Translations under genes and position numbers: made by a program
Part shown: positions 40,103 through 50,524 of the stretch, in pieces
Layout: the number at the start of each line of letters is the position of its first letter
How positions within the stretch are numbered: position 1 is the first letter of the stretch
The notes under the pieces: generated by a model
What the model saw: only the letters and a program-made list of their open reading frames with translations
The model's database searches: none
What the model was told of the DNA's origin: nothing
From: Minisyncoccota bacterium
GTDB taxonomy: Bacteria; Patescibacteriota; Minisyncoccia; Phycocordibacterales; JBAYGS01
Direction of reading: 5' to 3'
Length of the DNA stretch: 64,000 nucleotides
NCBI GenBank assembly: GCA_041666545.1
Contig: JBAYGS010000003.1
Span: forward strand, 41,086 to 105,085

Positions 40103-40597
40103 ATGAAAATCGTTAACTATGTCGCAGTTCTTTGTTTGAGTCTGGTGTTTGTTGGTTGCAAGTCCCCGCTCTCCCAGGGCCAAAAGCCGGTTCCGGTCGT
40201 GAACAACTATTATTACAATACCCCGCCTCCGGCCCCGGTGGTCGCCAAACCGGCCCCAGCTCCAGCGAAAGCGAAACCCGCTCCGGCCCCGGCCAAAACG
40301 GCGGTAACGGCGCAGAAGCCCGCTCCGCCCAAGGTCGCGCCGGTCCCAGTGTTGAAATCCGGGCGCCCGGACTACAGCGTCTTGTTTATCAACCGGACCA
40401 AAGAGGTCGTGGCCATTGCCCTCAATAACGGGCGGCTGAAATTCAGTCTGAAGCCGGGCGAAGAGAAGGAGGTTCCGGCGGAGGCCTCGAACAACCAAAT
40501 TCCTTACGAGGCGAAAATCGGCAACACTGCCTACGCCGACGGGACCATCAAGGTTGACCCCGGCTCGGTCTTTTACCGGATTACGATTCGACAGTGA
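40103..40597 (+). CDS. Pro/Ala-rich lipoprotein (ORFan cassette)
   Basis: Lipobox-like FVGC, PAPA linker, TTGACA promoter, own terminator. Confidence 0.7.
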   Translation: MKIVNYVAVLCLSLVFVGCKSPLSQGQKPVPVVNNYYYNTPPPAPVVAKPAPAPAKAKPAPAPAKTAVTAQKPAPPKVAPVPVLKSGRPDYSVLFINRTKEVVAIALNNGRLKFSLKPGEEKEVPAEASNNQIPYEAKIGNTAYADGTIKVDPGSVFYRITIRQ

Positions 40598-40726
40598 GTC
40601 GGTCCGGCACCAAACCACCCCCCCACCCCTTTGCGGGTGAGGGGTTTTTTTATTATATTCGCATGCCTTATTCGTAAAGGTTCTCAACAGTTTTTAATGC
40701 TCAACTAAGCCGTATCTTTGCTATTG

Positions 40727-40845
40727 ACCCCGTTAGAGATAGGTCATCAGAGATGACCGTAGCTATATGCTAGTAGCAGCATTCTATTTTATGGCTTTGA
40801 ATAAGGTTTTTTAGAGCATTCTAAACAGAGGATCTCTAACGGGGT
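40727..40845. repeat. MITE/REP-like element with 14-bp terminal inverted repeats
   Basis: ACCCCGTTAGAGAT ... ATCTCTAACGGGGT enclosing small hairpins. Confidence 0.7.
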
Positions 40846-40944
40846 TGACTTTAGTCTTAAAATTTGATATACTATAGGTAGGAATACAGAAACCTAAACC
40901 ATGTTTGTGCCGACTTTTAGTAGTCGGCACAAGGAAAGGACCAG

Positions 40945-41835
40945 ATGAAAAATCTCATGTTCGTTGTAATGTTGCTCGTGTCAGCTCTGGCTCACGGCGC
41001 CGAAGTGAATCAGGAAATCGTCATGAAGCCGGTGGAACCGAAAGCGGTTCACCAAACTCCGGCGAGGCCGAAAATCGTGCCGCAAAAAGAGCTCACGGTT
41101 AAGGAGCTCTTCGAGCGTGAGCAAGTTCGGCGCCAAGAAAAAGAAATGGCTGCGAAGATTGCGACCGGAGAGCAAATCATTCCGGCAGCCGGACTCACAT
41201 CCACGCAGTCTGGAACGGTGCCAGTTGTTCAGGCTCCGACGCGAGTCGGCAGCAGATCAGCCCACCGGTATCCCAATCAGCGCTCATTCGGAGGGCATCG
41301 GAGCTTCGGTGGTAGCCGCCCGTTTGGAGGCAATCAAGCTCCGAATGGGTACATCACCACTGCTCCGGCGGCGACGGTGCCGGCCAATGTGCAGGTCTAT
41401 GTCGGGTCACCGGCCGTATCGCAACAGCCCGCTCCTGCCAAAAGCGGGTTCTGGCGAAAAGTTGGCCAAGCCACCGGGTTTGGTCCACTCTTCACCGAGT
41501 ACCGGCCTCAAATCGCCGAGTATGCCGCGACCCACGGAGCGGTCGGCGCCTCCCAGTTCAGTGGGGTGCCTTACCAGACTACGGAGTCGGTGAGCGCATC
41601 CACTTGGGACAACTCCTACCAACCTTACGGTTGGGGCTCGAGGCCAAACACTTCGAAAGGCTCCTACTACGGCTACAGCCGAGTGAGTCAGCCGACCTAC
41701 GGGGCTTATGTCCCGGACGGCGCGGCTCCGACCTCGTATGTCCGGTTCGAGTCGGTAAGCCAAAGGCTCGGACCGCAGGACTACGGAGTCCCGGGTGGGA
41801 GCACGAAGGTGTTCCGGCTCTTCGGTCGGGACTAG
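40945..41835 (+). CDS. Secreted low-complexity hypothetical protein (ORFan cassette)
   Basis: SD AAGGAAAGGA, signal peptide, RSFGG repeats, terminator. Confidence 0.65.
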   Translation: MKNLMFVVMLLVSALAHGAEVNQEIVMKPVEPKAVHQTPARPKIVPQKELTVKELFEREQVRRQEKEMAAKIATGEQIIPAAGLTSTQSGTVPVVQAPTRVGSRSAHRYPNQRSFGGHRSFGGSRPFGGNQAPNGYITTAPAATVPANVQVYVGSPAVSQQPAPAKSGFWRKVGQATGFGPLFTEYRPQIAEYAATHGAVGASQFSGVPYQTTESVSASTWDNSYQPYGWGSRPNTSKGSYYGYSRVSQPTYGAYVPDGAAPTSYVRFESVSQRLGPQDYGVPGGSTKVFRLFGRD

Positions 41836-41907
41836 GCCACTCAGTTCTTCACAAAGCGCGTCGCAAGATGCGCTTTTCTTTTTGTTCAATTTAGCTACAA
41901 TCACTGG

Positions 41908-42375
41908 ATGAGAATTATAAGCAAAAGTTTGGCCGAAACCGAAAAATTCGCCCAAGATTTTTTAAATAAAATTAAACCAAAAGAAAACGACGCGACGGTC
42001 GTCGGTCTACATGGTGATTTAGGATCTGGAAAAACCGCTTTTGTTAAACTGATTGCGAAAAATTTAGGCATTACTGAAAACATCACCAGCCCCACTTTTG
42101 TCATTATGAAAAACTACCCACTTATTCTTCAAAACTTCCCAACTTCAAAACTTCCCAACTTCAAAACTCTCACACATATTGACGCCTACCGTCTCGACCG
42201 TGGCAGTGATCTTGCCAAGCTTGGTTTTGCTGATTTACTAAATAATCAAGAAAATCTGATTCTGCTTGAGTGGCCGGAAAAAGTGGCCGATGTTCTACCG
42301 AAAGACTATGTAAGGATTGATTTTAAATTTATTGACGAAAACACCAGAGAAATTTCTACTGATTTTTGGCTTTAA
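41908..42375 (+). CDS. tsaE: tRNA t6A biosynthesis ATPase TsaE
   Basis: GDLGSGKT, SPTF, HIDAYRL, EWPE. Confidence 0.95.
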   Translation: MRIISKSLAETEKFAQDFLNKIKPKENDATVVGLHGDLGSGKTAFVKLIAKNLGITENITSPTFVIMKNYPLILQNFPTSKLPNFKTLTHIDAYRLDRGSDLAKLGFADLLNNQENLILLEWPEKVADVLPKDYVRIDFKFIDENTREISTDFWL

Positions 42376-42497
42376 TTCCGGCTCGGTTTGAGGTAATCTT
42401 GAGGAGGAAGGTAAACCCAAAACCCTAAGGCAATAACAATTGCTCGGGTGACCCTAAAACAGGCTATGCCTGTTCGGTAAACAAGAAAGGAATACCA

Positions 42498-43271
42498 GTG
42501 AAAAATGCCAAACGAGCCTTTGATTTGATGTGCAAAGACCTGTTGGTTATCGAGCCGATGGGTATCGCTTACGCCGCTCTGGCGGAAGACGGGCTATTCT
42601 CGGCCAAAATTGTGAATGTGGAAAAGGCTATTCATCGGCTGGCCGACAAAAACGGTCCGGACGCTATGGGCTCTCTGCCTTTCAAACGAGTTTTGACCAT
42701 TCGAAGCATTGTGGCAATGGTGATGCTCGGCTATCCGGCGGAAGCCATCGATTGGCTAAAGAGTCTTGGCGCGAACTATCAAGGGTCGGCGACCAGCGAT
42801 GAGGCGATTTTCTCTCACGGGTGCACGATCGGTATGATTTTTGGTCTTAACGAACTCTCCGAGGCCGGTGAGCCGATTAGTCCCGGTTTGGAAGAAGCAG
42901 TAGCACAAAGCCTTACTACTTTTCTTCAGATTGGGAAAGAAAAAGGTCTGAACGAGTATCTCAAAGATCAAAATTTGGCGTTGCTCTTTCGAAGGTTCAT
43001 CACTCCAGCCAATTCTGGCAAAGATGGTGAGTGGGGCCGGGCGGAGACAATCAACTTTGTCCTCACAGTGATCAAGGCCGATCGCAAGAAGTTTGGTTTG
43101 ATGGGCGAGGAGCTTGGTCGGATGCTCTGCGAGAGTCTGCTCGGCAATTTGGAGTGGCACTCGGCATGGCAGACTGTTCATTTTGCCCTCGGGCTGATGA
43201 TGCGGCACCGAGCCGGACCAAAGCCCAATTTGCCGGTTGGTGGCGAACTATTGAAGAAAAAGAAAAAGTGA
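42498..43271 (+). CDS. Hypothetical helical protein (ORFan cassette)
   Basis: GTG start after AAGAAAGGA; terminator at 43278-43308. Confidence 0.65.
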   Translation: MKNAKRAFDLMCKDLLVIEPMGIAYAALAEDGLFSAKIVNVEKAIHRLADKNGPDAMGSLPFKRVLTIRSIVAMVMLGYPAEAIDWLKSLGANYQGSATSDEAIFSHGCTIGMIFGLNELSEAGEPISPGLEEAVAQSLTTFLQIGKEKGLNEYLKDQNLALLFRRFITPANSGKDGEWGRAETINFVLTVIKADRKKFGLMGEELGRMLCESLLGNLEWHSAWQTVHFALGLMMRHRAGPKPNLPVGGELLKKKKK

Positions 43272-43498
43272 AAATTCGCCCCGCGTTTGCTGCAAACGCG
43301 GGGCTTTTAATCTCCCCAAACTCCTTGACTTTACCCAACAAAACTGTAGGGTAGTAAAGGACCTGGCTAATTGGCCAAAGTTCATTGTCAGTCAACCGCC
43401 GAGGCTTTTGTTCTGAAAAGGCAAAAGATTAGGCAAAATTGTTCAGAAACCAAGTCTTGAAAAGGATTTGGTGGAGAACATAACCTGAAAAGGTTCGT

Positions 43499-44293
43499 AT
43501 GAAGATGGATACCGCGTCAATTGTTGGTGCCTTATTCGCCGAGCAAGAAAAAAGTCCTCTCACTAAAGCTTTGGAGATTATCTCCTCAGATCAGTCAGAT
43601 GACCAAAAAACTGGAGCTCTGGCCTCGTTGCTACTCTGCGAAAGTGGAGGATGTTCCTTTGAGCACATTCGAAGAGTGACGCTTATCGCCGTGGCCGCCG
43701 GCCCGGATTTCTTGGCTGCATTCGTTAAAAATTTCGAGTACACCTTCCTCAACTTCATGACTCTTGCCACGGTAAAAGACATGGAGTTCAAGATTCACGC
43801 CGTTCTGGTCGGCTTACTTGAGGGGGAAATCAGACTTGACCCGAAACGCAAGAATCCGACTATGCATGTCAGCCCGACAATCATATTGCCCTTGGCTTAC
43901 ATGAAAGCATTGCCACTCGACAGAATGAGCCCGGATGTCGCGAGTCGGTTTTCGAGCGCAGTCGCGGAATATTTAAAGGAGGGCCATCTCTGTGAATCTC
44001 TAACAACACACGCTAAGGAGCAGAAGTTGCGTTGTGTGGAGTACCGAGCCTTTTTTGGAACGGTCGCGGAACTTTTACCGGCAGCATCTGGTCGGCAAAA
44101 CCGACTCTTGTGGCAGGTGGTCGAAGAGTTTGTTCACAAAATCAAGCCAGTTCTTACCGAGCCAGCAATGATCACCCACTACACGGCCGGCATTGCTCAC
44201 GCATTCAGTCTGCCACTTGAGCCGGCTGATCCCGAAAGTGAACGGATGAAACAGAAAATCATGAAGGCGGTCCGCGGAGACCTGTTCAGTTAG
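43499..44293 (+). CDS. Hypothetical protein (ORFan cassette)
   Basis: TTGACT promoter, structured leader, terminator CCCCCGCAC...GTGCGGGGG. Confidence 0.65.
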   Translation: MKMDTASIVGALFAEQEKSPLTKALEIISSDQSDDQKTGALASLLLCESGGCSFEHIRRVTLIAVAAGPDFLAAFVKNFEYTFLNFMTLATVKDMEFKIHAVLVGLLEGEIRLDPKRKNPTMHVSPTIILPLAYMKALPLDRMSPDVASRFSSAVAEYLKEGHLCESLTTHAKEQKLRCVEYRAFFGTVAELLPAASGRQNRLLWQVVEEFVHKIKPVLTEPAMITHYTAGIAHAFSLPLEPADPESERMKQKIMKAVRGDLFS

Positions 44294-44391
44294 TTGTTGT
44301 GTTTTATGCCACCCCCCCGCACCAATCAGTGCGGGGGCTTTTATTTTTCTAAATGCTAGAATGTAGCTATATTTTTCATAATTCCTAATTC

Positions 44392-46842
44392 GTGAATCCT
44401 AAATCTACCCCAAAAAGACTGGTTTTACTCGACGCTCACGCGATACTGCACCGCGCTTACCATGCCTTGCCGGAATTTTCTTCAAGCAAAGGGGAACCGA
44501 CCGGGGCACTTTACGGGCTTTCAGCGATGCTCATCAAGATTATTGCTGATTTGAAGCCCGACTATTTGATTGCCGCTTACGATTTACCCAAGCCGACCTA
44601 TCGCCACGAAGCTTTCAAAGACTACAAAGCCGGCCGAGCCAAGGCCGACCCGGAACTGGTGTCGCAAATGAGGCGCTCGCGTGACGTTTTCACCGCTTTT
44701 AATATTCCAATTTATGACAAGGAAGGTTTTGAAGCGGATGACATAATCGGCACAATTGTCGAAAAGCTAACAGCTAAAAGCCAAAAGCTAAAAGCTGATG
44801 TAGACATAGTGATTGCCTCGGGCGACATGGACACCTTGCAGTTGGTTTCGGACGACAAGGTTCGAGTTTATACTCTGAAAAAAGGTATTAAAGACACGAT
44901 TATCTATAACGAAAAAGGTGTTATTGAACGGTTTGGTTTTGGGCCGGAACTTTTGCCGGATTACAAAGGTTTGCGCGGGGACCCGTCGGATAATATTCCG
45001 GGGATAAAAGGAATTGGTGAGAAGACCGCCACGATTTTGATTACCAATTTCGGTTCGGTTGAACAGATTTATAAACAAATTAAAAAAGACGAAAAGCCAT
45101 TACTTAAGGCAGGGATTACGCCCCGAATTGTTGAGCTTCTGAAAACCAACGAAGAAGAGGCGCAATTTTCCAAAATGCTTGGCACAATTCGTAGAGACGC
45201 GCCGATTGACTTCAGATTGCCGGAGCAGACCTGGAAGGAAAGTTTGGACGTTACAAAAACCGAGGAATTGTTCAGCGAACTGGAATTTCGAGCGCTCGGG
45301 ACACGCTTTAAGGAAACTTTAAATAAAGAAGCGCCAAATTCAAAAACCCAGGTTCCAAATAAATCTCAAATCATAAAGTCAGAAAATTCAGAAACTACAC
45401 ACTACTCACTACCCACTACTCACTTACCATCCGACTTCTTCGAAACCTCGCTTGCCCTCTGGGTCGTCAATTCTAACCTGACCAATCCGACCATGGAGGA
45501 TGTTTTGAATTTTGGCCGGACGGATGATTATGAAAAAGCCAAGAAGTTGATTTTTGAAACACTCAGGCAAAGAAAAAGCGAGAGAGTGTATGAGGAAATC
45601 GAGAAACCTTTGATTCCTGTCGTAAAAGCGATGGATGAGCGGGGAGTGAAGATTGATACGGAACTTCTCAAGAAACTTTCGGTTGAATATCATAAGAAAC
45701 TGGATGGCTTGGAAAAAGAAATTCACCAATTGGCCGGTGAGGAATTTAATGTGGCTTCCCCGAAACAATTGGGAGAAATTTTGTTCGTTAAGATGGGCTT
45801 GGCTGGCAAAAGGCAAAAAAAGACTGCAACTGGGGCGTTTTCTACCAAGGAAAGCGAACTTGAAAAATTGCGAGAGTCGCATCCGATTATAAGTTTGATT
45901 TTGGAGTATCGCGAATTTGCCAAATTGCTTTCCACATATATCGACACGATTCCGACTCTGGTGGACAAGAATAACCGGCTACACACGCATTTTTTGCAAG
46001 CCGGCGCCGCGACTGGGCGAATGGCCTCGGAAAATCCGGGTTTGCAAAATATTCCCAACAAAACTGAATTGGGCCGAGCTATTAGACAAGCTTTCGTTGC
46101 CGAAAAAGGTTTTAAACTTTTGGCGCTCGATTATTCGCAGATTGAACTCCGGATTGCCGCGTTTTTGTCGGGCGATAAAAAGTTGATTGAGATTTTTAAG
46201 AACGGCGAAGATGTTCATACAGCGGTGGCGGCGGAAGTTTTCGGTGTGCCGGGCGACAAAGTCCACAAAGATATGCGTCGCAAAGCCAAAGTGATTAATT
46301 TCGGCGTGATGTACGGGATGGGGGTGAATGCGCTTCGGACTAATCTGGGCGCCGGCACAACTCGTGAGGAAGCGCAGAAATTTTACAACGACTATTTTGA
46401 AAAGTTTTCAGGTTTGGCCAAATATTTAGATAAGGTGAAAGCTGAAACCGCGAGACAAGGTTACACCGAAACTTTTTTTGGCCGAAGGCGATATTTTGAA
46501 GGAATTAATTCTAAATTACCGTTTATTCGTGCCGCTGCTGAACGAATGGCGATTAACGCGCCGATTCAAGGCACCGAGGCCGACATTGTGAAGCTCGCGA
46601 TGATTAAAATTTGCGAATACATCAAATCGGAAAAACTTGAGGAACAAGTTTTTCCGATTCTCCAAGTCCATGACGAATTGGTTTATGAAGTTCGCGAGGA
46701 TTTAATTTCCAAAATCGCTCCAGCTATCAAAAAAATTATGGAATCAGTTATTCCACCCGAAAAAGTTGCCGGCATCGTCTGTGTCGCCGAAGCGTCCGAG
46801 GGGGAGAGGTGGGGGGAGATGAAGAAGGTAGAAGGTATATAG
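44392..46842 (+). CDS. polA: DNA polymerase I (no recognisable 3'-5' exonuclease domain)
   Basis: 5' nuclease (RAYHALP, GDPSDNIPG), DYSQIELR, KVINFG..YG, QVHDEL. Confidence 0.97.
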   Translation: MNPKSTPKRLVLLDAHAILHRAYHALPEFSSSKGEPTGALYGLSAMLIKIIADLKPDYLIAAYDLPKPTYRHEAFKDYKAGRAKADPELVSQMRRSRDVFTAFNIPIYDKEGFEADDIIGTIVEKLTAKSQKLKADVDIVIASGDMDTLQLVSDDKVRVYTLKKGIKDTIIYNEKGVIERFGFGPELLPDYKGLRGDPSDNIPGIKGIGEKTATILITNFGSVEQIYKQIKKDEKPLLKAGITPRIVELLKTNEEEAQFSKMLGTIRRDAPIDFRLPEQTWKESLDVTKTEELFSELEFRALGTRFKETLNKEAPNSKTQVPNKSQIIKSENSETTHYSLPTTHLPSDFFETSLALWVVNSNLTNPTMEDVLNFGRTDDYEKAKKLIFETLRQRKSERVYEEIEKPLIPVVKAMDERGVKIDTELLKKLSVEYHKKLDGLEKEIHQLAGEEFNVASPKQLGEILFVKMGLAGKRQKKTATGAFSTKESELEKLRESHPIISLILEYREFAKLLSTYIDTIPTLVDKNNRLHTHFLQAGAATGRMASENPGLQNIPNKTELGRAIRQAFVAEKGFKLLALDYSQIELRIAAFLSGDKKLIEIFKNGEDVHTAVAAEVFGVPGDKVHKDMRRKAKVINFGVMYGMGVNALRTNLGAGTTREEAQKFYNDYFEKFSGLAKYLDKVKAETARQGYTETFFGRRRYFEGINSKLPFIRAAAERMAINAPIQGTEADIVKLAMIKICEYIKSEKLEEQVFPILQVHDELVYEVREDLISKIAPAIKKIMESVIPPEKVAGIVCVAEASEGERWGEMKKVEGI

Positions 46843-46894
46843 TATTAAGTATATGGTATAAAAAACCGAAGCGGGTAGCGCTTCGGGGGTGTTG

Positions 46895-47158
46895 CTAAGA
46901 TAATCGGCGTGCTTTTCGGACAAGGCGAAAAGTTCCAACTGGTGCAGTGCAGAGACCAAACGGCACATTTGCTAAATTTGAGCTTCTTGTTTTATCACTC
47001 AAAATTCTGGCGAGATTTGCCAGACACAAGTCCGCTTCTTTGGCGTTGGGATTCTGTTTCAAGTCTGCTTCAATCGCAATTCTTAACTCCTTTGCGATTC
47101 CGGGGCTGTATTTCTTGGCGATTTCCGCTATATATCTTTTTGCTTTTTTACTAATCAT
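46895..47158 (-). CDS. Small basic hypothetical protein
   Basis: GGAGG SD, downstream terminator hairpin. Confidence 0.5.
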   Translation of the reverse strand: MISKKAKRYIAEIAKKYSPGIAKELRIAIEADLKQNPNAKEADLCLANLARILSDKTRSSNLANVPFGLCTAPVGTFRLVRKARRLS

Positions 47159-47308
47159 AGAACCTCCAGGTTGGGCCTGAATTTAGCTTAACACCTTAAA
47201 TATTTTAAGCAACGGCTCGCAAGGACTGGCTCGTAGGAGCGGTTCTTGCGGTAGAAAATAAAAGCCGTCCGAAGCGGACGGCGCGATGAGAGCGACTTGG
47301 TTGTTGGG

Positions 47309-47716
47309 CTATCGAAGCAAAAGAAAGGCGGCGAGACCAGCACACAAATAGCCGATTAATCTTTTGGGACTGAGGTCGCCGGACATGACTGTTTGGTATG
47401 TGGCGATCACGGCGATCTGTACCATGACGGTGGCCATAAACAAAGTACCCGCCTCTTTCAGGGTTGCTTGCGTTATTACACTGTTGAAAGCCATGACTCC
47501 TACGGCACCAAATATTCCGCCGGCCAAAATCATCAGCCACTTAGCTTTAGTCAGGTCCTCAAGTTGGTTTATGGCTGGTAGTGAGACGATTGCAAGAACC
47601 ACGGCGGTGAAGATCCCTGTGGCGATATTGCTCCGTAGACCGCTACGATTCATAAAGAGGGGCCAGATAGCGAAGCAAAATCCTGCCACGGCAACTTTCA
47701 AAGCTACATTACGCAT
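47309..47716 (-). CDS. Small DMT/EamA-like membrane protein
   Basis: About five TM helices, SD GAAAAGG, terminator. Confidence 0.6.
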   Translation of the reverse strand: MRNVALKVAVAGFCFAIWPLFMNRSGLRSNIATGIFTAVVLAIVSLPAINQLEDLTKAKWLMILAGGIFGAVGVMAFNSVITQATLKEAGTLFMATVMVQIAVIATYQTVMSGDLSPKRLIGYLCAGLAAFLLLR

Positions 47717-47881
47717 GTTTCCTTTTCAGTGTGGTTTTTCTATTTTCAGATTAGTCTTAAACTCAGCACCTGTCAACAAAAGCTCCTGACTTATAGTAGG
47801 CACACGCAAGAACGGTTCTCGCGGTAGGCAATGAAAAACCGCCCGAGGGTTGCCGGGGCGGCTTAAGGGTTTTTAAATTGC

Positions 47882-48091
47882 TCACTCTCGGCCTAACAGT
47901 TTGTTGGTGACTGTGACTGCGAGTTTCCAAATTAGACAGAGGGCGCCACCAATAGTTAGCATTGTCGTGATTACTGTGGCTGCAATTTTTGCCCATTCAG
48001 TGTCCGGAGAAAAATCACCGAAAAAAGGGAAGGCAATTAGAATTAAGACGAAAATGACACCGAAGCCCGCGATGAATCCAAAAAGCTTCAT
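47882..48091 (-). CDS. Small two-TM hypothetical protein
   Basis: Two hydrophobic helices, terminator downstream. Confidence 0.5.
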   Translation of the reverse strand: MKLFGFIAGFGVIFVLILIAFPFFGDFSPDTEWAKIAATVITTMLTIGGALCLIWKLAVTVTNKLLGRE

Positions 48092-48240
48092 ATTTTATAT
48101 GTCGGAAGAACTGTTTCCGGGACAAGTCTAACGAAATTGTTGTAATTGGCAAGGTGTAAGACTGGACAGGTGGGTATGGTTGACATTTTTAATATTAAAT
48201 GTAGGCTGAAAGAGGAAACCTTAAAGAAAGTGAGTTAAAA

Positions 48241-48564
48241 ATGACCGCAACAATCCCCGAGAGTTTGTGTGACCACATGTTTAGTTGTTTAGGGGGCAAG
48301 CTTAATGCCTCTCCGGCGAATAATCCCTGTGGCCACTCCCGCGACGCCTATTTTACCATTGTTCCTGAGGCTCCGGTCTCGGGCGCCACCATTACAGAGA
48401 AGTTGATTGGTTATTATCGTGGCGTCGGCGCTAATGTGGAGATTTGTACCAGCTTTTGTTTTGAAGTCACTTTGAGAGACGGGACCAAGCTTTGGGTTTC
48501 GGTCTCGAATTACTCCGACGACGGGAGGGGCAAGATCATTTTTAGCGTCGAGGTTATGAGGTGA
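48241..48564 (+). CDS. Hypothetical protein (ORFan cassette)
   Basis: TTGACA-17-TAGGCT promoter; terminator AAAACCGACA..TGTCGGTTTT. Confidence 0.6.
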   Translation: MTATIPESLCDHMFSCLGGKLNASPANNPCGHSRDAYFTIVPEAPVSGATITEKLIGYYRGVGANVEICTSFCFEVTLRDGTKLWVSVSNYSDDGRGKIIFSVEVMR

Positions 48565-48658
48565 ATTTTATAAAACCGACAGTGGCAAATTGTCGGTTTT
48601 TTTCTTTTCACTATTTTTTATACTATATACCTAATACTTTATACTATATACTTTACCT

Positions 48659-49348
48659 ATGCTTCTTTTCCTCTACGGCGAAAATAAGGACAAAGCGCGA
48701 GAGAAAGCTCGTGAGTTAATGGAAAGTTTGGCTAAGAAGCGCCCGGAGGCGTCGCTTTTTAAACTGGAAACTGATGGTTTTGATTTGGCCAAACTTGAGG
48801 AGCTGGTTCTAGGGCAAGGACTTTTCTCGAATAAGTACATTGTTTTTCTCGACTCACTTTTTGAAGATGCTGAAATCAAAGAGCAAGTTCTAAAATTTTA
48901 TAAAGAAATCGGCGCTTCCGAAAATGCTTTCATCTGGCTGGAAGGGAAAGTCGACAAGGCGACTCTAACTAAACTCGAAAAAGTTGCTGAGAAGGTTCAG
49001 AAATTTGAAAGTGGTGAAGGGAAGGCGAGAAAATTCGGCCTGGGTGGCGGTCAAGCAGTTTCCCTTAATGATTTTAATATCTTTGATTTGGCTAGTGTTT
49101 TGGCTAGGCGTGATCGACGACAACTTTGGCTCCTGTACCGCGAGGCAATTTCGAAAGACTTTCCACCGGAAGAAATTTGTGGAATTTTGTTTTGGAAACT
49201 AAAAGATTTACTCACCAAAGGGAATAGCAGTTTTGAAAAGGCCGAAATTAAAAAAATGGCTGAAAAATTGGTTTCAATCTATCACGACGCTCATCGAGGT
49301 AAGCTGGACTTTGAAATTTCCCTCGAGAAGTTTGTTTTAACGGTTTAA
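48659..49348 (+). CDS. holA: DNA polymerase III delta subunit-like (short HolA)
   Basis: LFLYGEN, QGLFS.KY, NIFDL...L..RD, LEKFVL. Confidence 0.75.
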   Translation: MLLFLYGENKDKAREKARELMESLAKKRPEASLFKLETDGFDLAKLEELVLGQGLFSNKYIVFLDSLFEDAEIKEQVLKFYKEIGASENAFIWLEGKVDKATLTKLEKVAEKVQKFESGEGKARKFGLGGGQAVSLNDFNIFDLASVLARRDRRQLWLLYREAISKDFPPEEICGILFWKLKDLLTKGNSSFEKAEIKKMAEKLVSIYHDAHRGKLDFEISLEKFVLTV

Positions 49349-49473
49349 ACTGGTTAGTTTTTGTTGCCGCTGTACCAAAGCGGTTTTTTGTTCTTTAAAA
49401 ATATTTAGGTAACTAACTGCCTCAAACGAGGTTAAAGCTAGTAGACAGTTCCTAATCTCAAACCGAAAAAATT

Positions 49474-50469
49474 ATGAATCAAACCGAACTCAATCAAATT
49501 GCGGAAATTTATGGCCTAGGCCGAATTCAGTCGGCTGTGAAAAATGAAAAAGGCCTGGTGAATGATACCTACTATCTCAAGACGGACCGGGGTCATTTTA
49601 TGGCGCAAAAGTTAAATCCGATTTTCACCGAAGCAGTGGTCGAGGATCACGATGTCGTGGCTAGGCACCTTCTACTCAACGACTTTCTGGCCCCCAAGAT
49701 TGTGGAAGTCAGAGACAATGTGCTGTCGGCTAGAATCAGCGGCGCCCTTTGGAAAGTGTGCTACTACATCCCACATGATGAAGATGTAAAGGTGAGTGAC
49801 AAGACTGTGGTTGAGGCGGCCGCCGCACTCGGTAGATTCCACGGGATAATGGGCTGTTGCCCGCTTCAGCCGAAGTTTAAAATCCCAAATTTCCACGAGA
49901 CTCGGAAGATAATCGAGAAGCTCTCCCGCGTTTTCTTAAGTGAGGAGTATGCCGAGAAGGCGATGTGGGTGACGGAAATTTATCACGATATTGTTGGCTC
50001 AATCACGAAGCATTATTTGCCGACCGATTTGTCTCCGACTCTAATTCACGGCGATCCAAAGTTCGACAATTTTCTTTTTCGTGATGGGGAAGTAGTTGGG
50101 ATGTTTGATCTTGATACCGTGATGCTTGGTCACGAGCTTCTGGATCTGGGCGATGCCTTTCGCAGTTGGTGTCGTGAAAGCAAAACCGAGTTTAACCTGA
50201 ATCGGTTTAACTTAGCTCTTAAAGCTTATCGATCGAAACATAACTTGTGGTGGCGAGGAGGAAAGCTTATCGGGGATGATCTGGTTAAAGATGCGGTGGC
50301 ACTGATTACCCTTGAACTGGCGGCCCGCTACCTCATCGACTACTTCGAAGAAACCTACTTCGATTGGAAAAAATATAAGTATCGCTCGCGAGCCGAGCAA
50401 AATCTCAGTCGCACCAAACGCTATTTGGCCTATTACCACAATATGCAGAAAGCGTTTGGGATGGAGTAG
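49474..50469 (+). CDS. APH/choline-kinase-like phosphotransferase
   Basis: GLVNDTY, HGDPKFDNFLF, DLDTVM, DLGD..RSWC. Confidence 0.85.
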   Translation: MNQTELNQIAEIYGLGRIQSAVKNEKGLVNDTYYLKTDRGHFMAQKLNPIFTEAVVEDHDVVARHLLLNDFLAPKIVEVRDNVLSARISGALWKVCYYIPHDEDVKVSDKTVVEAAAALGRFHGIMGCCPLQPKFKIPNFHETRKIIEKLSRVFLSEEYAEKAMWVTEIYHDIVGSITKHYLPTDLSPTLIHGDPKFDNFLFRDGEVVGMFDLDTVMLGHELLDLGDAFRSWCRESKTEFNLNRFNLALKAYRSKHNLWWRGGKLIGDDLVKDAVALITLELAARYLIDYFEETYFDWKKYKYRSRAEQNLSRTKRYLAYYHNMQKAFGME

Positions 50470-50524
50470 GGAAAACAAAACTCGTCTTGGGAAAGATGGG
50501 TTTTTTAAATCCAAAAGCCGAGAT

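Noticed and set aside
40100-41955. Long antisense and alternative-frame ORFs
   Set aside because: Shadows of GC-rich low-complexity genes whose + frames have SD, signal peptide and terminator.
44392-46842. Short polA as a pseudogene
   Set aside because: Frame and polymerase motifs are intact; loss of the proofreading domain is common.
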